This document shows, in pieces, positions 29,574 through 42,159 of a stretch of DNA of 64,000 nt. The notes beneath the pieces are model-generated. The model was given only the letters and a program-made list of their open reading frames with translations, did not search any database and had not been told where the DNA came from. Both the position numbers and the translations under genes were made by a program. Numbering within the stretch: the first letter of the stretch is position 1; every line of letters begins with the position of its first letter. Source of the stretch: a delta proteobacterium MLS_D (lineage in GTDB: Bacteria; Desulfobacterota; Syntrophia; Syntrophales; UBA2210); NCBI GenBank assembly GCA_002030015.1, contig LQBH01000002.1, positions 20,396-84,395 on the forward strand, in the 5' to 3' direction.

Positions 29574-29649
29574 GCTGGCGTAGCTCAACGGGTAGAGCAG
29601 CTGATTTGTAATCAGCAGGTCGCGGGTTCGAATCCCATCGCCAGCTCCA
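29574..29649 (+). tRNA. tRNA-Thr(UGU)
   Basis: 76 nt. Acceptor GCTGGCG/CGCCAGC-T-CCA, anticodon stem GCTGA/TCAGC with loop TTTGTAA, T-loop TTCGAAT. Confidence 0.9.
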
Positions 29650-29675
29650 TTAGCAATATAAGCAACTGATGTTGT

Positions 29676-29760
29676 GGAGGGGTTCCCGAGCGGCCAAAGG
29701 GAGCAGACTGTAAATCTGCCGGCGAAGCCTACGGAGGTTCGAATCCTCCCCCCTCCACCA
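29676..29760 (+). tRNA. tRNA-Tyr(GUA)
   Basis: 85 nt with a long variable arm. Acceptor GGAGGGG/CCCCTCC-A-CCA, anticodon loop CTGTAAA. Confidence 0.92.
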
Positions 29761-29789
29761 TTTTTATGCATCATCATAGGCAAAGAGAT

Positions 29790-29865
29790 GCGGGAGTAGC
29801 TCAGGGGCTAGAGCGTCAGCCTTCCAAGCTGAGGGTCGCGGGTTCGAATCCCGTTTCCCGCTCCA
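29790..29865 (+). tRNA. tRNA-Gly(UCC)
   Basis: 76 nt. Acceptor GCGGGAG/TTCCCGC-T-CCA, anticodon stem TCAGC/GCTGA with loop CTTCCAA. Confidence 0.92.
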
Positions 29866-29922
29866 TGAAAGAAAACAGGGACGGCACGTGGGGCCCCCTG
29901 AGAAGAACATAATGGCGCCGAG

Positions 29923-29998
29923 GCCCACGTAGCTCAGTCGGTAGAGCACATCCTTGGTAAGGATGAGGTCACCAGTTCAATCCTGGTCGTGGGCTCCA
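29923..29998 (+). tRNA. tRNA-Thr(GGU)
   Basis: 76 nt. Acceptor GCCCACG/CGTGGGC-T-CCA, anticodon stem CATCC/GGATG with loop TTGGTAA. Confidence 0.92.
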
Positions 29999-30019
29999 TT
30001 TTTGTGAGGTAACTGTGCA

Positions 30020-30169
30020 ATGAGAGATATCATCATGCTGGCTTGCGTGAACTGCAAGCAGAGAAATTATTCGACGACAAAAAACAAGAGGACGATGAAA
30101 AATCGTCTCGAATTGAAAAAGTACTGTCGTTTCTGCCAGGCGCACACGCTTCATCGGGAAACAAAGTAA
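30020..30169 (+). CDS. rpmG: 50S ribosomal protein L33 (49 aa, zinc-ribbon type, below ORF-track cutoff)
   Basis: My translation is [49 protein letters not shown]. CxxC...CxxC. Confidence 0.9.
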   Translation: MRDIIMLACVNCKQRNYSTTKNKRTMKNRLELKKYCRFCQAHTLHRETK

Positions 30170-30184
30170 ACAGGGGCTCTATGC

Positions 30185-30261
30185 AGGCCAGTAGCTCTAA
30201 TGGCTAGAGCGCCGGACTCCAAATCCGGATGTTGGGGGTTCGAGTCCCTCCTGGCCTGCCA
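30185..30261 (+). tRNA. tRNA-Trp(CCA)
   Basis: 77 nt. Acceptor AGGCCAG/CTGGCCT-G-CCA, anticodon stem CCGGA/TCCGG with loop CTCCAAA. Confidence 0.9.
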
Positions 30262-30285
30262 TTTTATTTTTTCGGAACGGGGTAT

Positions 30286-30489
30286 ATGGAAAAGATACGA
30301 GAAAAATGGGCCGTTTCTTTGCGATTTCTCAAGGAAGCCAGGACAGAGTTGAAAAAGGTTACCTGGCCAACGCCGAAACAGGCCCTGGCTTCGACATCAG
30401 TGGTGATCGTCGTCGTGCTCGTCGTGAGCCTCTATCTGGGGATTGTTGACTTGATACTCACCAGACTGGTGAGAGTCGTTCTAGGATAA
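30286..30489 (+). CDS. secE: preprotein translocase subunit SecE
   Basis: F..E...ELKKVTWPT......ST.VV followed by a single TM helix. It lies immediately upstream of nusG. The ORF track start at 30229 overlaps tRNA-Trp. Confidence 0.85.
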   Translation: MEKIREKWAVSLRFLKEARTELKKVTWPTPKQALASTSVVIVVVLVVSLYLGIVDLILTRLVRVVLG

Positions 30490-30496
30490 TCCTGCA

Positions 30497-31027
30497 ATGG
30501 CATTTAAATGGTACGTCATACATACCTACTCGGGCTTCGAAGGAAGGGTCAAACAATCCCTGGAGGAGCGTATAGCGGCGTCGGGAATGCAGGATTATTT
30601 CGGCGATATACTTGTTCCCGAAGAGGATGTAGTCGAGCTGGTGCGCGGCGAAAAAAAGACATCGAAGCGGAAGTTTTTTCCGAGCTACATGCTGATCAAT
30701 ATGGAGCTGACGGAAGACACGTGGCATCTGGTCAAGGACACGCCGAAGGTAACCGGTTTCATTGGCAGCAGGGACAAGCCGTCGCCGATATCAAGCGAGG
30801 ACGTTGAACTGCTGAAAACCAGGATAAGTGAAGGGACGCTGAAACCGAAACCGAAATTCCGCTTTGAAATAGGTGATCACGTTAGAATCATCGACGGTCC
30901 TTTTTCAAATTTTGACGGCGTGGTGGACGAGGTCAAGGAAGAAAAAGGGAAATTACGGGTCATCGTCAGTATATTCGGGCGTTCAACACCGGTGGAGCTT
31001 GATTTTATTCAGGTGGCCCAGACGTAG
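30497..31027 (+). CDS. nusG: transcription termination/antitermination factor NusG
   Basis: WYV.HTYSG.E..VK..L, and the KOW motif GD.V.I.DGPF..F.G.V.E. Confidence 0.95.
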   Translation: MAFKWYVIHTYSGFEGRVKQSLEERIAASGMQDYFGDILVPEEDVVELVRGEKKTSKRKFFPSYMLINMELTEDTWHLVKDTPKVTGFIGSRDKPSPISSEDVELLKTRISEGTLKPKPKFRFEIGDHVRIIDGPFSNFDGVVDEVKEEKGKLRVIVSIFGRSTPVELDFIQVAQT

Positions 31028-31063
31028 GACGGAACAAGACAGACGTATTGAGAGGGCACGAGG

Positions 31064-31489
31064 ATGGCAAAGAAGGTTATCGCGCAAATAAAACTTCAGA
31101 TTCAGGCCGGTAAAGCGACTCCATCGCCTCCGATCGGACCCGCCCTGGGTCAGCACGGGGTCAACATCATGGAGTTTTGCAAGGCATATAACGCAATGAC
31201 ACAGAACCAGGAAGGGACCGTCATCCCGGTGGTCATATCCGTATATGCCGACAAATCATTCACTTTTATAACGAAAACACCTCCGGCCGCGGTGCTCCTC
31301 AAGCAGGCGGCCAAAATCGCCAAGGGAGCCGGCGATCCGAAGCGGGAAAAGGTAGGCCGAATAACAAAGAAACAGCTCAAGGAGATCGCCGAGATCAAAT
31401 ACAAGGATCTGAATGCCGTCGACATGGAGGGTGCTCTTAACATAATAGGGGGTACGGCGCGATCCATGGGCATTGAAATTATTGATTAA
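31064..31489 (+). CDS. rplK: 50S ribosomal protein L11
   Basis: [28 protein letters not shown]. Confidence 0.96.
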   Translation: MAKKVIAQIKLQIQAGKATPSPPIGPALGQHGVNIMEFCKAYNAMTQNQEGTVIPVVISVYADKSFTFITKTPPAAVLLKQAAKIAKGAGDPKREKVGRITKKQLKEIAEIKYKDLNAVDMEGALNIIGGTARSMGIEIID

Positions 31490-31510
31490 GTGAGTTGAGG
31501 ATAGTACGCC

Positions 31511-32221
31511 ATGACACAGAGGGGTAATTTATACCTGGAGCAGCGGAAAAAAGTGGAACCGGGCAGGAACTATTCGCTCAGGGAGGCCGTCGAGCTGGTC
31601 GTGTCGACGGCGCGTGCCAAATTCGACGAGACGGTTGATGTCGCCATCCGGCTCGGCGTAAATCCGAAACACGCCGACCAGATGGTCAGGGGAAGCGTGG
31701 TGTTGCCCAACGGTCTCGGAAAAACAGTGAGAGTTCTTGTCTTCGCCAAGGGCGAAAAGGAGCGGGAGGCCCAGGAGGCCGGTGCCGATCACGTCGGTTC
31801 GGATGATCTGGTCGAGAAAATAAAAGAGGGGTGGCTTGAATTCGACCGGGTCGTGGCGACTCCCGATATGATGGGGACAGTCGGTAAACTGGGTAAAATT
31901 CTCGGTCCCCGAGGGCTGATGCCCAATCCGAAAGTGGGGACGGTCACATTCGACGTTAAACAGGCCGTAACCGAGCTGAAGGCCGGTCAGGTGGAATTTC
32001 GCGTTGAAAAGGCGGGAATCGTTCACAGCCCGGTAGGCAAGGTCTCTTTCGGCGCGGACAAGCTGATCGAAAATATTCTCGCCCTCATTGAGGCGATTAT
32101 GAAATTGAAACCGGCTTCGAGCAAGGGGACATATCTGAAAAACATTTCTATCGCCACCACCATGGGTCCCGGAGTCAGGGTGGACACGGTTGACGTCAGA
32201 AATAACCTGAAAGCGGCGTAA
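31511..32221 (+). CDS. rplA: 50S ribosomal protein L1
   Basis: FDETVD.AIRLGV.PK.ADQ.VRG.V.LP.G.GK and [15 protein letters not shown]. Confidence 0.96.
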   Translation: MTQRGNLYLEQRKKVEPGRNYSLREAVELVVSTARAKFDETVDVAIRLGVNPKHADQMVRGSVVLPNGLGKTVRVLVFAKGEKEREAQEAGADHVGSDDLVEKIKEGWLEFDRVVATPDMMGTVGKLGKILGPRGLMPNPKVGTVTFDVKQAVTELKAGQVEFRVEKAGIVHSPVGKVSFGADKLIENILALIEAIMKLKPASSKGTYLKNISIATTMGPGVRVDTVDVRNNLKAA

Positions 32222-32408
32222 CAACCGGCGGAGATAAACGAAAAGTCAGAGACAGCAGGTACGGGATTGTTTAAACGAATGTGCGGCCTGCCGAGACGTG
32301 CAGTGGAAAGGGCGTGTTTCTTCCTGTAAAGCGGTCTGACTTTCGAGCGGGTATTGTAGTTACTGCAGTGGAAACTGCAAAAATCATTGTTTGAAAGGAG
32401 GCCAGCGA
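32222..32408 (+). promoter_or_regulatory. structured rplJ leader (candidate L10 autoregulatory leader)
   Basis: 187-nt untranslated gap. A long-range stem AAGTCAGA (32243-32250) / TCTGACTT (32335-32342) encloses ~85 nt. A TGCAGT-GGAA-ACTGCA hairpin (32364-32379) sits before the AAAGGAGG RBS. The position matches the known L10 leader location. Confidence 0.45.
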
Positions 32409-32933
32409 TTGGACAGAAGTAAAAAGGAAAATGTTGTCGCCGAACTGAACGAGAAGCTCAAAAAGGCCACGATCGCCGTACTCGCCGATTACAGCGGCAT
32501 AAAGGTCAAGGATTTCAGTAATTTGAGAAATGAGCTTCGAAAAACGGACGGCGAAGTCAAAGTCGTCAAGAACAATCTTCTCAGCCTCGCCCTGAAAGAA
32601 ACGGATTATGAGGCGCTGGACACCCTCCTCGGAGGACCCAGGGCGCTTGTTCTCAGTTACGGGGATGTTGTCGCATCGGCGAAAGCTCTCGTTGACTTTG
32701 CCAAGAAAAACGACTCGCTGGAGATCAAGGGCGGCGTTTATGAAGGCGCGTCCCTGTCACGCGAGCAGCTGGTGTCCCTGGCCGCCCTGCCATCCAGGGA
32801 AGTCCTCCAGGCGAAGTTGTTGTCCTTGTTCGTGGCGGTCCCGACGCGTCTGGTGACGGTGCTCAGCGCCGTGCCGGGAGGTTTCGTGAGGCTGCTGGAC
32901 GCCTATCGGATGAAAAAAGAAGGAACCAACTAA
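32409..32933 (+). CDS. rplJ: 50S ribosomal protein L10
   Basis: K...V.EL.EKL.KA......DY.G..V.....LR..LR is typical of L10. TTG at 32409 follows the AAAGGAGG RBS; the ORF track starts at TTG 32391. Confidence 0.92.
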   Translation: MDRSKKENVVAELNEKLKKATIAVLADYSGIKVKDFSNLRNELRKTDGEVKVVKNNLLSLALKETDYEALDTLLGGPRALVLSYGDVVASAKALVDFAKKNDSLEIKGGVYEGASLSREQLVSLAALPSREVLQAKLLSLFVAVPTRLVTVLSAVPGGFVRLLDAYRMKKEGTN

Positions 32934-32966
32934 AGGAAGAAACATTCTACAGGAAGGGAAGGAACA

Positions 32967-33356
32967 ATGTCAGAATCGAAAATTACGAAGGCCGATGTTA
33001 TTGAATTCATAGAAAACATGACCGTTCTCGAGTTGTCCGAGATGGTAAAGGAACTGGAAGAGCGACTGGGTGTTTCGGCGGCGGCTCCCGTGGCGGCCGT
33101 TCAGGCGGCCGGTGGAGGAGAACCTGCGGCGGCCGAGGAAGAAAAGACTGAATTTGACGCCGTTCTGACCGGTTTCGGAGACCAGAAGATTCAGGTGATA
33201 AAGGTGGTACGTGCCGTAACCGGCCTCGGCCTGAAGGAAGCAAAGGATCTCGTAGAGGGAGTGCCGAAACCAATCAAGGAAGGGGTTTCCAAGGATGAAG
33301 CCGCCGACATCAAGACGAAGATCGAGGAAGTCGGGGGAACCGTGGAGATCAAATAG
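32967..33356 (+). CDS. rplL: 50S ribosomal protein L7/L12
   Basis: Ala-rich hinge, then [41 protein letters not shown]. Confidence 0.96.
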   Translation: MSESKITKADVIEFIENMTVLELSEMVKELEERLGVSAAAPVAAVQAAGGGEPAAAEEEKTEFDAVLTGFGDQKIQVIKVVRAVTGLGLKEAKDLVEGVPKPIKEGVSKDEAADIKTKIEEVGGTVEIK

Positions 33357-33418
33357 AGTGAATCGCCCGGACCTTGATGAATGTATCCGTTGATAAATAC
33401 TCAATGCAAGGACCTCTG

Positions 33419-36400
33419 ATGGTACGCACACGAAAAAATTTTGGTCGCATAAAGCAGATCGTTGAAATTCCGAATCTTATCGAGATTCAGAAAAAATCCT
33501 ATGAGAAGTTTCTCCAGGCGGATGTGACGCCCGAACAACGGGCGAATATAGGTCTCCAGGGAGCTTTTCAAAGTGTTTTTCCTATCGTGGATTTCGGTGA
33601 GAAGTGTTCGCTCGAGTTTGTGAGTTACCGCATCGGAAAGGCGCGATACGATGTCAAGGAATGCATTCAGAAAGGTATGACTTACAATGCTCCCCTGAAA
33701 ATTGTCGTTCGGCTCGTCGTTTTCGACGCGGGGCGGGGAGCCGAACAACGCATTATTCGGGACATCAAGGAGCAGGAGATCTATTTCGGAGAAATCCCGT
33801 TGATGACGGAGAAGGGAACGTTTCTGATCAACGGGACGGAACGGGTTATCGTAAGCCAGCTTCACCGTTCGCCAGGAATATTCTTCGATCATGATAAGGG
33901 CAAGACCCACTCCAGCGGCAAACTTATCTATTCGGCGCGAGTGATTCCCATTCGCGGCTCATGGCTCGATCTGGAGTTTGATCCCAAGGATCTCATTTTC
34001 GCCAGAATAGACCGGAGACGCAAGATGCCCGTCACCATTCTTCTCAAGGCGATGGGATTCACCGAGGAGGAGCTCCTTGCCCGTTTTAACCGCATCGAAC
34101 ATGTAACCGTAAACGAAGGCGTCTTTCATCTTGCTATCGACGACTCCGTCGTCGGCGAAAAAATTCCCGTCGACATAGAGCATCCAGAAACGGGCGAAAC
34201 GGTCGTCAAAAAGGGAAGAAAAATAGCCAAGGCGACCCTGAAACGTCTCGAGGAGGCCGGAATCACGAAAGTTGAGGTCGACCGGACTTACCTCGTGGGA
34301 AAAGTGCTGGCGGCATCGATTCCCGACCCGGCGACGGGAGAGACGCTTATTCGTTGCAACGAAGAACTTACCGCCGACCTGGTCGACCGTATACTCGAGA
34401 GCAACATCGCGGAACTGCAATTGGCCCAGATCGACGAGGACGGGACCGACGCGTACATCAGGAACACGCTTCTGATGGACAAAATCGACAGCGAGGAAGA
34501 GGCCATCGTCGAGATCTACCGCAGGCTGCGGCCGAGTAATCCCCCCACTGTAGATACGGCGAGGCGTTTCTTTAACAGCCTTTTCTTTTCGACCCACAGT
34601 TACGATCTTTCGGACGTGGGGCGTGCGAAACTGAATTACAAACTCAAGCGCAACGTGCCGACGGATGTGACCGTTCTGGAACGAGAGGATATTTTCGAAG
34701 CGGTAAGTTATCTGATCAACCTTCGGAACGGCCAGAGCGACTACAGCATCGATGACATTGATCACCTGGGCAACCGGCGGGTGCGTTCGGTGGGTGAACT
34801 TATCGAGAACCAGTACCGTATCGGACTGGTGAGAATGGAACGGGCCATCAAGGAAAAAATGAGTCTCCTGGATGTGGAGACCATGATGCCCCATGACCTT
34901 GCCAATTCCAAGCCGGTGACCGCTGTGGTCAACGAATTTTTCGGAAGCAGCCAGTTGTCACAGTTCATGGACCAGACGAACCCCCTGTCGGAGGTAACGC
35001 ACAAACGTCGTCTCTCCGCCCTCGGTCCAGGCGGTCTCACGCGTGAACGGGCCGGCTTTGAGGTCCGCGACGTTCATAACACGCACTACGGCAGGATATG
35101 CCCGGTCGAAACGCCGGAGGGTCCCAATATCGGGCTCATCGTTTCGCTCAGTACCTACGCCAGGGTGAACGAATTCGGATTCATCGAGACACCTTCCATC
35201 GAGGTGAAAAACGGCCGGGTGCTCAATAAGATCAAGTATCTCACGGCCATGGAAGAGGAGACCGAAATAATCGCTCAGGCCGACAGTGTGCTTGACGCGA
35301 AGGGTCGGTTCACCGAAAAACTCGTTACGGCGAAAAAGGGCGGTGATTATGTTACCGTCGATCCCAGCGAGATCACCTTGATGGACGTGTCCCCCAACCA
35401 GCTGGTGAGCGTTGCTGCCGGGCTCATTCCTTTTCTGGAACATGACGACGCCAACCGCGCGCTCATGGGATCAAACATGCAACGGCAGTCAGTTCCGCTC
35501 CTGCAGCCCCAGGCGCCGTTGGTGGGTACTGGTATGGAACAGGTGGTGGCCCGTGATTCAGGTGCTGTCCTGGTGGCGAAACGATCCGGTATTGTTGAAG
35601 ACGTCGATGCTTCGCGTATCGTGATCAAGGCTGATGTCGAGGGAGAAGATGAATTCGATACGGGTGTCGATATCTACAATCTTGTCAAGTATCAGCGCTC
35701 GAACCAGGATACCTGTTTCAACCACAAACCAATCATCAATCTGGGAGAACGGGTTGCGGAAGGAGCCATTATAGCAGATGGCCCGGCTACGGATCAGGGA
35801 GAGCTCGCTCTCGGCAGAAACGTCATGGTCGCTTTCATGTCGTGGGGCGGCTACAATTATGAAGACTCGATCCTGGTGAGCGAGAGAATCGTCAGGGACG
35901 ATATTTATACCTCCGTTCATATCGAGGAATTCGAAACCGTAGCCCGTGACACCAAGTTGGGCAGGGAAGAAATCACCCGCGATATTCCCAATGTGGGAGA
36001 CGAGGTGCTGCGGAACCTGGACGAAAGTGGCATCGCCCGTGTCGGCGTGTCAGTCAAGGCCGGCGATATCCTGGTCGGCAAAGTGACGCCCAAGGGCGAA
36101 ACCCAGCTTTCGCCGGAAGAAAAACTTCTCAGGGCGATTTTCGGAGAGAAAGCAGGAGATGTGCGGGACACTTCGTTGCATGTTCCGCCCGGCGTGGAGG
36201 GGATCGTTGTCGACGCTAAAATATTCGCGCGCAAAGGCACCGAAAAAGACGGGCGGTCCCAGTACATCGAAGATGAAGAGGTAACCCGGCTTCATAAAGA
36301 CCGGGACGACGAGATAAAAATCATCACGGCAAGCGTCAAGCGAAAGGTTGCGGGTCTTCTGGCGGGTAAGAAGTCGATGGCGCGGCTGGCCGACGCTTCT

Positions 36401-37507
36401 AAAAAGAAAGTGTTCCTCAAAAAGAATGAGGAAATTACCGAGGAAAAACTGAAGGAAGTCCCCTTCAGCCTGTGGAACGAGATAATCGTGGACGACGCCG
36501 AGACGGAAGAAAAAGTCAGAAAGACATTTGCCAGCCTGGCGCGGAAAATTGAAGGTATCGAGGCCTTTTTCGAGGACAAGATCGAGAAGGTGAGGGCGGG
36601 CGATGAGTTGCCCCCCGGCGTTATCAAACTGGTGAAAGTGTACGTTGCTATAAAACGAAAGCTTTCAGTCGGCGACAAAATGGCCGGTCGGCACGGGAAT
36701 AAAGGTGTTTTGTCGAGGATTCTTCCCGAAGAGGACATGCCGTTCTTCGACGACGGAACACCCGTCGACATCGTGTTGAATCCTCTCGGCGTTCCATCGC
36801 GAATGAACGTGGGGCAGATTCTCGAAACTCATCTCGGCTGGGCGGCCAAGGGGCTGGGCGACAAGGTTCAGAAACTTCTGGAACGGCACCGGAACATAGG
36901 GAAAGTGAAAAGTGTGCTGGCTGATATCTATGAAAACTGTGAACAGGCGGCCTTTATCGGGAAGGCGCCTGACGAGGAGATTCAGCAGTTCACCTCCAGG
37001 ATCGAAGACGGTGTCCCCGTTGCCTCGCCGGTTTTCGACGGGGCCAGCGAAGAAGATATCAAAAAAATGCTGGACCTGGCGGAACTGCCCGGGAGCGGCC
37101 AGGCGCAGCTTTTCGACGGACGAACCGGACGGCCCTTCGATCAGCAGGTCACCGTGGGTATTATATACATGCTGAAATTGCATCATCTGGTAGACGACAA
37201 GATTCATGCCCGCTCGATAGGGCCCTATTCGCTGGTGACGCAACAGCCGCTGGGCGGAAAGGCGCAATTCGGCGGTCAGCGTCTCGGTGAGATGGAGGTA
37301 TGGGCAATCGAGGCTTACGGCGCCGCATACTCGCTTCAGGAATTTCTAACGGTCAAGTCAGACGACGTTGCGGGCAGAACAAGAATGTATGAAGCCATTG
37401 TCAAAGGAGATCATACGCTGGAACCGGGCTTGCCCGAGTCCTTTAATGTTCTCGTCAAAGAGTTGCAGGGCCTGGCGATCGACGTGGATTTGCTTGAAAA
37501 CGATTAG
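33419..37507 (+). CDS. rpoB: DNA-directed RNA polymerase subunit beta
   Basis: RKNFG...[40 protein letters not shown] and [18 protein letters not shown] lies 8 nt before the ATG at 33419. The ORF is open from 33374, with alternative starts at 33377 and 33404. Confidence 0.95.
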   Translation: MVRTRKNFGRIKQIVEIPNLIEIQKKSYEKFLQADVTPEQRANIGLQGAFQSVFPIVDFGEKCSLEFVSYRIGKARYDVKECIQKGMTYNAPLKIVVRLVVFDAGRGAEQRIIRDIKEQEIYFGEIPLMTEKGTFLINGTERVIVSQLHRSPGIFFDHDKGKTHSSGKLIYSARVIPIRGSWLDLEFDPKDLIFARIDRRRKMPVTILLKAMGFTEEELLARFNRIEHVTVNEGVFHLAIDDSVVGEKIPVDIEHPETGETVVKKGRKIAKATLKRLEEAGITKVEVDRTYLVGKVLAASIPDPATGETLIRCNEELTADLVDRILESNIAELQLAQIDEDGTDAYIRNTLLMDKIDSEEEAIVEIYRRLRPSNPPTVDTARRFFNSLFFSTHSYDLSDVGRAKLNYKLKRNVPTDVTVLEREDIFEAVSYLINLRNGQSDYSIDDIDHLGNRRVRSVGELIENQYRIGLVRMERAIKEKMSLLDVETMMPHDLANSKPVTAVVNEFFGSSQLSQFMDQTNPLSEVTHKRRLSALGPGGLTRERAGFEVRDVHNTHYGRICPVETPEGPNIGLIVSLSTYARVNEFGFIETPSIEVKNGRVLNKIKYLTAMEEETEIIAQADSVLDAKGRFTEKLVTAKKGGDYVTVDPSEITLMDVSPNQLVSVAAGLIPFLEHDDANRALMGSNMQRQSVPLLQPQAPLVGTGMEQVVARDSGAVLVAKRSGIVEDVDASRIVIKADVEGEDEFDTGVDIYNLVKYQRSNQDTCFNHKPIINLGERVAEGAIIADGPATDQGELALGRNVMVAFMSWGGYNYEDSILVSERIVRDDIYTSVHIEEFETVARDTKLGREEITRDIPNVGDEVLRNLDESGIARVGVSVKAGDILVGKVTPKGETQLSPEEKLLRAIFGEKAGDVRDTSLHVPPGVEGIVVDAKIFARKGTEKDGRSQYIEDEEVTRLHKDRDDEIKIITASVKRKVAGLLAGKKSMARLADASKKKVFLKKNEEITEEKLKEVPFSLWNEIIVDDAETEEKVRKTFASLARKIEGIEAFFEDKIEKVRAGDELPPGVIKLVKVYVAIKRKLSVGDKMAGRHGNKGVLSRILPEEDMPFFDDGTPVDIVLNPLGVPSRMNVGQILETHLGWAAKGLGDKVQKLLERHRNIGKVKSVLADIYENCEQAAFIGKAPDEEIQQFTSRIEDGVPVASPVFDGASEEDIKKMLDLAELPGSGQAQLFDGRTGRPFDQQVTVGIIYMLKLHHLVDDKIHARSIGPYSLVTQQPLGGKAQFGGQRLGEMEVWAIEAYGAAYSLQEFLTVKSDDVAGRTRMYEAIVKGDHTLEPGLPESFNVLVKELQGLAIDVDLLEND

Positions 37508-37559
37508 CCCGGGAAACTGAAACGGGCGTGAACAAAGTATCACAAGGGAGCTTGATCAC

Positions 37560-40500
37560 GTGGAAGATATTTTTGGTTTTTTTGAAAAACCGAAAGATCC
37601 GGTAAAATTCAACGCCGTGAAGATATCTCTTGCTTCACCCGAGACCATTCTTTCCTGGTCCCACGGCGAGGTCAAAAAACCGGAAACCATTAATTACAGA
37701 ACTTTCAAGCCGGAACGGGACGGCCTTTTCTGTGCCAAGATATTCGGTCCCGTCAAAGATTATGAATGCCTCTGCGGCAGGTATAAACGCATGAAACATC
37801 GCGGCATCGTCTGCGAAAAATGCGGTGTCGAGGTTATCCAGTCGAAGGTCCGTCGGGAAAGGATGGGCCATATCGTGCTGGCTGCGCCGGTGGCGCACAT
37901 CTGGTTTCTAAAGAGCCTTCCCAGCCGTATCGGCAATGTGATCGACCTGAGCCTGAAAGACCTCGAACGGGTGCTTTATTTTGAATCCTGGATCGTGATT
38001 GATCCCAAGAACACGCCCCTGAAGAAGAAAGAACTGCTGTCCGACGAACAGTACTTCGAAATGAAAGAAGAGTATGGTGCAGACGCCTTTGAAGTGGGCA
38101 TGGGCGCCGAGGCCGTCCGCAAGCTTCTGGAGGAAATCAACCTGGAGGAGCTGGACGGGGAACTTCGAGCTGATCTCGCGACGGCCACATCGGACACGAA
38201 GCGCAAGAAACTGACAAAGCGTCTCAAGGTTGTGGAAACGCTGCGGGCGTCGAACAACCGGCCCGAATGGATGATCCTTACAGTACTTCCTGTTATTCCT
38301 CCCGATTTGCGCCCGCTCGTGCCGCTCGACGGCGGCCGTTTCGCCACGTCGGACCTGAACGATCTCTACCGGCGGGTGGTGAACCGTAATAACCGCCTCA
38401 AAAGACTCCTGGAACTGAACGCTCCGGAAATCATCATTCGGAACGAAAAGAGAATGCTGCAGGAAGCGGTTGATGTTCTCTTCGACAACGGCAGGCGGGG
38501 GCGTGCCGTGACAGGATCAAACAAGCGTCCGTTGCGGTCGCTTTCGGACATGCTCAAGGGGAAGCAGGGACGGTTCAGACAGAATCTGCTGGGCAAGCGC
38601 GTGGATTATTCGGGAAGATCCGTCATCACCGTGGGCCCGGATTTGAGGCTTCATCAATGCGGTCTTCCTAAAAAGATGGCCCTTGAGCTGTTCAAGCCGT
38701 TTATCTATAACCGTCTTGAGGAAAAAGGCTACGTAACAACTGTAAAAAGCGCCAAGAAAATGGTGGAACGGGAAGCGCCGGAGGTGTGGGACGCCCTCGA
38801 CGAGGTGGTCCGTGAATATCCCGTTCTTCTGAACAGAGCGCCGACTCTTCACCGGCTCGGTATTCAGGCTTTCGAACCGATTCTCATCGAGGGAAAGGCA
38901 ATACAGCTTCATCCGCTCGTGTGCCAGGCCTTCAACGCCGACTTCGACGGGGACCAGATGGCCGTGCATATTCCGCTTTCTATTGAGGCCCAGGTGGAAG
39001 CGCGCTGCCTCATCATGTCGACCAACAACATTTTGTCGCCGGCAAGCGGGAAACCCATTATCGTTCCGAACCAGGATATTGTTCTGGGTATTTATTACAT
39101 GACCAGGGCGGGTCATTTCCTGAAGGGTGAAAAAATGGTGTTCGCCGATCCCGACGAGGTTCGGCGCGCCTACGACGCGGGACAGGCTCATCTTCACGCA
39201 AGGATCAGGGTGCGTATGAACGGAAAGCTTGTCGACACGACTGTCGGCAGGATACTGCTTTATGAAATCATACCGCCGGAGATACCCTTCGAGTTCGTTA
39301 ACAAGGTGATGAACAAAAAAGAGCTGTCCGGCCTGGTCGACTATGCCTACCGGGCGTGCGGGGCGAAAACCACCGTCATTCTGGCGGACCGGCTCAAGGA
39401 TCTGGGGTTCCGGTACGCTACCGTGTCGGGACTTTCCATCTCTATCGACAACATGGTTATACCCGAGGGCAAGACGGATATCGTCGGCCGTGCCACGGAC
39501 GACGTGCTCGAGATTCAGAAGCAGTACATGGAAGGTTTGATCACCGACGGGGAGCGTTACAACAAGGTTATCGACATATGGGCCCACGCCACGGAGCGTG
39601 TCGCCGAAGAAATGTTGCACGACATCGCCACCGATGAGGTCACTGATCCATCGGGCGAGACGGTGCGTGTCGAAAGTTTCAACCCCATCTTTATGATGGC
39701 TGATTCGGGAGCCCGAGGAAGCGCGGCCCAGATCCGGCAGCTTGCCGGCATGAGGGGTCTCATGGCCAAACCGTCCGGCGAGATTATTGAAACGCCGATT
39801 ACGGCTAATTTCAGGGAAGGCCTGTCCGTTCTTCAGTACTTTATTTCGACTCACGGCGCGCGAAAGGGTCTTGCCGACACGGCCCTGAAAACGGCCAATT
39901 CAGGATATCTCACGCGACGGCTCGTTGATGTCGCCCAGGATGCGATCATCAGCGAAGAAGATTGCAAAACTCTCGACGGCCTCTACGTCTCGGCCCTTGT
40001 CGAAGGCGGTGAAATAATCGAAACTGCGGGCGAACGTGTCCTCGGGCGGGTTGCGCTCGAAGACGTCACCGACCCTTTCACGGGCGAAGTCATCGTGGCG
40101 GCCAATGAAGAAATCGATGAGGTGCGGGCTGAACGAATCGACCGGGCCGGTCTGGAGCGGGTGCTGATACGATCGGCGTTGACCTGCAAGAGCAAGTACG
40201 GCGTATGCGCCCGTTGTTACGGAAGGGATCTGGCACACGGCCACCTGGTGAACATCGGAGAAGCGGTGGGAATCATCGCCGCCCAGTCCATCGGTGAACC
40301 GGGTACACAGCTTACCATGCGGACCTTCCATATCGGCGGCACGGCAAAGTTTGAAGAACATTCGACGCTTGAAGCCCGTCATGACGGCAATTTGAAATTT
40401 TTCAATCTGTCCGTGGCAACCAACCGCTACGGTGACACGATTGTCATGAGCCGAACAGGCGAGATTCACGTCATCGACGACCAGGGATTGAACAGGGGAA

Positions 40501-41711
40501 AATATCCCGTGCCTTACGGCGCCCGCATCAAGGTAAAAGAAGACCAGGAAGTACGCCGCGGTGACCTGATCGCCGAGTGGGACCCTTACTCAATCCCGAT
40601 CATTTCGGAAGTCGACGGGATCATTAAATACGGCGACATCGTCGAGGGAAAAACCATTCAGGAACAGGTAGACGAGGTGACGGGGCTTTCACGAAAGGTC
40701 GTGGTGGAACATCAGGATCCGACCCTCAGACCACGGGTTTCTATAAAAGACGACGACGGGAAGACGGTTCGTCTTCCCGGGAACAGAGGCGTCGCCCGGC
40801 ATCTCATGCCCGTGGGCGCGAACATCGTAATCGCGGGGGGAGAACGGGTGAAAGCGGGCGACATCATCGCGCGAATTCCCCGGGAAACGACGAAAACGAA
40901 GGACATTACCGGCGGGTTGCCGCGAGTGGCTGAACTTTTTGAAGCTCGAAAGCCCAAGGAGCACGCCGTCATTTCCGAAATCGACGGGGTTGTTTCTTAC
41001 GGGGACGATGTAAAGGGAAAACGGCGGGTCATGATAACGCCTGAAATAGGGGAACCCAAAGAATATCTGATTCCCAAGGGCAAGCATGTCAGCGTCCAGG
41101 AAGGCGACGTGGTCAAGGCGGGTCAGCCGCTCATGGAAGGCGCCAGCAATCCTCACGACATACTGACAATAAAGGGAGACAAGGAACTTGCCCGCTATCT
41201 GGTGGACGAAGTCCAGGAAGTCTATCGTCTGCAGGGGGTCAAGATCAACGACAAACACATCGAGATCATCGTTCGGCAGATGCTCAGAAAAGCGAGGATT
41301 GTGGATCCCGGAGACACGAAATTCCTCTCCGACGAACAGGTCGACAGGATGCGTTTTGAAGATGAAAACATGCGCGTCGTCGAAAGCGGCGGCAAGCCGG
41401 CCATAGGGGAACCGCTGCTGTTGGGGATAACCAAGGCGTCGCTGAGCACGAACAGTTTCATTTCGGCAGCGTCATTCCAGGAGACGACCCGGGTTCTGAC
41501 CGAGGCGGCTTTGGCGGGCAAGACCGACCGTTTGCGTGGCCTGAAGGAAAACGTGATCATGGGAAGGCTGATTCCGGCGGGGACGGGACTTCCAGCTTAC
41601 AGGAAGCTGGGCATTGAGGTGATCGGCAATGAGGACGACGTACCCGAAGAAACACGCCAAATAAATGGTGGTTCGGACGAGAAAAGCCTTGACAGTGAGA
41701 CCACGAATTGA
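37560..41711 (+). CDS. rpoC: DNA-directed RNA polymerase subunit beta-prime
   Basis: Zinc motif [23 protein letters not shown], catalytic [12 protein letters not shown] and [18 protein letters not shown] start. Confidence 0.96.
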   Translation: MEDIFGFFEKPKDPVKFNAVKISLASPETILSWSHGEVKKPETINYRTFKPERDGLFCAKIFGPVKDYECLCGRYKRMKHRGIVCEKCGVEVIQSKVRRERMGHIVLAAPVAHIWFLKSLPSRIGNVIDLSLKDLERVLYFESWIVIDPKNTPLKKKELLSDEQYFEMKEEYGADAFEVGMGAEAVRKLLEEINLEELDGELRADLATATSDTKRKKLTKRLKVVETLRASNNRPEWMILTVLPVIPPDLRPLVPLDGGRFATSDLNDLYRRVVNRNNRLKRLLELNAPEIIIRNEKRMLQEAVDVLFDNGRRGRAVTGSNKRPLRSLSDMLKGKQGRFRQNLLGKRVDYSGRSVITVGPDLRLHQCGLPKKMALELFKPFIYNRLEEKGYVTTVKSAKKMVEREAPEVWDALDEVVREYPVLLNRAPTLHRLGIQAFEPILIEGKAIQLHPLVCQAFNADFDGDQMAVHIPLSIEAQVEARCLIMSTNNILSPASGKPIIVPNQDIVLGIYYMTRAGHFLKGEKMVFADPDEVRRAYDAGQAHLHARIRVRMNGKLVDTTVGRILLYEIIPPEIPFEFVNKVMNKKELSGLVDYAYRACGAKTTVILADRLKDLGFRYATVSGLSISIDNMVIPEGKTDIVGRATDDVLEIQKQYMEGLITDGERYNKVIDIWAHATERVAEEMLHDIATDEVTDPSGETVRVESFNPIFMMADSGARGSAAQIRQLAGMRGLMAKPSGEIIETPITANFREGLSVLQYFISTHGARKGLADTALKTANSGYLTRRLVDVAQDAIISEEDCKTLDGLYVSALVEGGEIIETAGERVLGRVALEDVTDPFTGEVIVAANEEIDEVRAERIDRAGLERVLIRSALTCKSKYGVCARCYGRDLAHGHLVNIGEAVGIIAAQSIGEPGTQLTMRTFHIGGTAKFEEHSTLEARHDGNLKFFNLSVATNRYGDTIVMSRTGEIHVIDDQGLNRGKYPVPYGARIKVKEDQEVRRGDLIAEWDPYSIPIISEVDGIIKYGDIVEGKTIQEQVDEVTGLSRKVVVEHQDPTLRPRVSIKDDDGKTVRLPGNRGVARHLMPVGANIVIAGGERVKAGDIIARIPRETTKTKDITGGLPRVAELFEARKPKEHAVISEIDGVVSYGDDVKGKRRVMITPEIGEPKEYLIPKGKHVSVQEGDVVKAGQPLMEGASNPHDILTIKGDKELARYLVDEVQEVYRLQGVKINDKHIEIIVRQMLRKARIVDPGDTKFLSDEQVDRMRFEDENMRVVESGGKPAIGEPLLLGITKASLSTNSFISAASFQETTRVLTEAALAGKTDRLRGLKENVIMGRLIPAGTGLPAYRKLGIEVIGNEDDVPEETRQINGGSDEKSLDSETTN

Positions 41712-41773
41712 TAGATACCAGCGTCTTTGCTGCTTCCGAGCAGCCGTTGTATGAGGAGATTGCAGGAGGAAGA

Positions 41774-42145
41774 ATGCCGACAATTAATCAGTTGATTCGA
41801 AAGGGAAGGACGAAACCGTACAAGAAAACGGCGTCGCCGTCCCTGGTGGGTTGTCCCCAGCGCCGCGGTGTATGCGTGCGGGTATATACGACCACGCCCA
41901 AAAAGCCCAACTCGGCCTTGCGGAAAGTTGCGAGGGTACGCTTGACGAGTGGTTACGAGGTAAGTTCCTATATACCGGGCATTGGTCACAATCTTCAGGA
42001 ACATTCGGTCGTTCTCGTAAGAGGCGGCAGGGTTAAGGATCTTCCCGGCGTCAGATATCATATCGTGCGAGGCACGCTCGATGCGGTGGGAGTCCAGGAC
42101 AGGAAACAGGGTCGGTCGAAGTACGGTGCGAAAAGGCCGAAATAA
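41774..42145 (+). CDS. rpsL: 30S ribosomal protein S12
   Basis: [12 protein letters not shown]...[47 protein letters not shown]. The ORF track starts at 41708. Confidence 0.96.
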   Translation: MPTINQLIRKGRTKPYKKTASPSLVGCPQRRGVCVRVYTTTPKKPNSALRKVARVRLTSGYEVSSYIPGIGHNLQEHSVVLVRGGRVKDLPGVRYHIVRGTLDAVGVQDRKQGRSKYGAKRPK

Positions 42146-42159
42146 TCAGGAATGAGTAT

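Noticed and set aside
29528-29596. A 22-codon ORF (MVRLRRLIFYFWCFERWRSSTGR) with a GGAGG RBS upstream of the tRNA cluster.
   Set aside because: It runs into the tRNA-Thr gene. Its sequence is dictated by the hairpin/U-tract and the tRNA acceptor and D arms, so it is almost certainly fortuitous.
38517-39854. A 445-aa antisense ORF inside rpoC. Similar cases are 5901..6941 inside dnaG, 33959..34894 inside rpoB and 8830..9516 inside xseA.
   Set aside because: The reasoning is the same as for the tuf antisense ORF. The opposite strand carries unambiguous conserved genes, and the antisense ORFs show no RBS or motif support.
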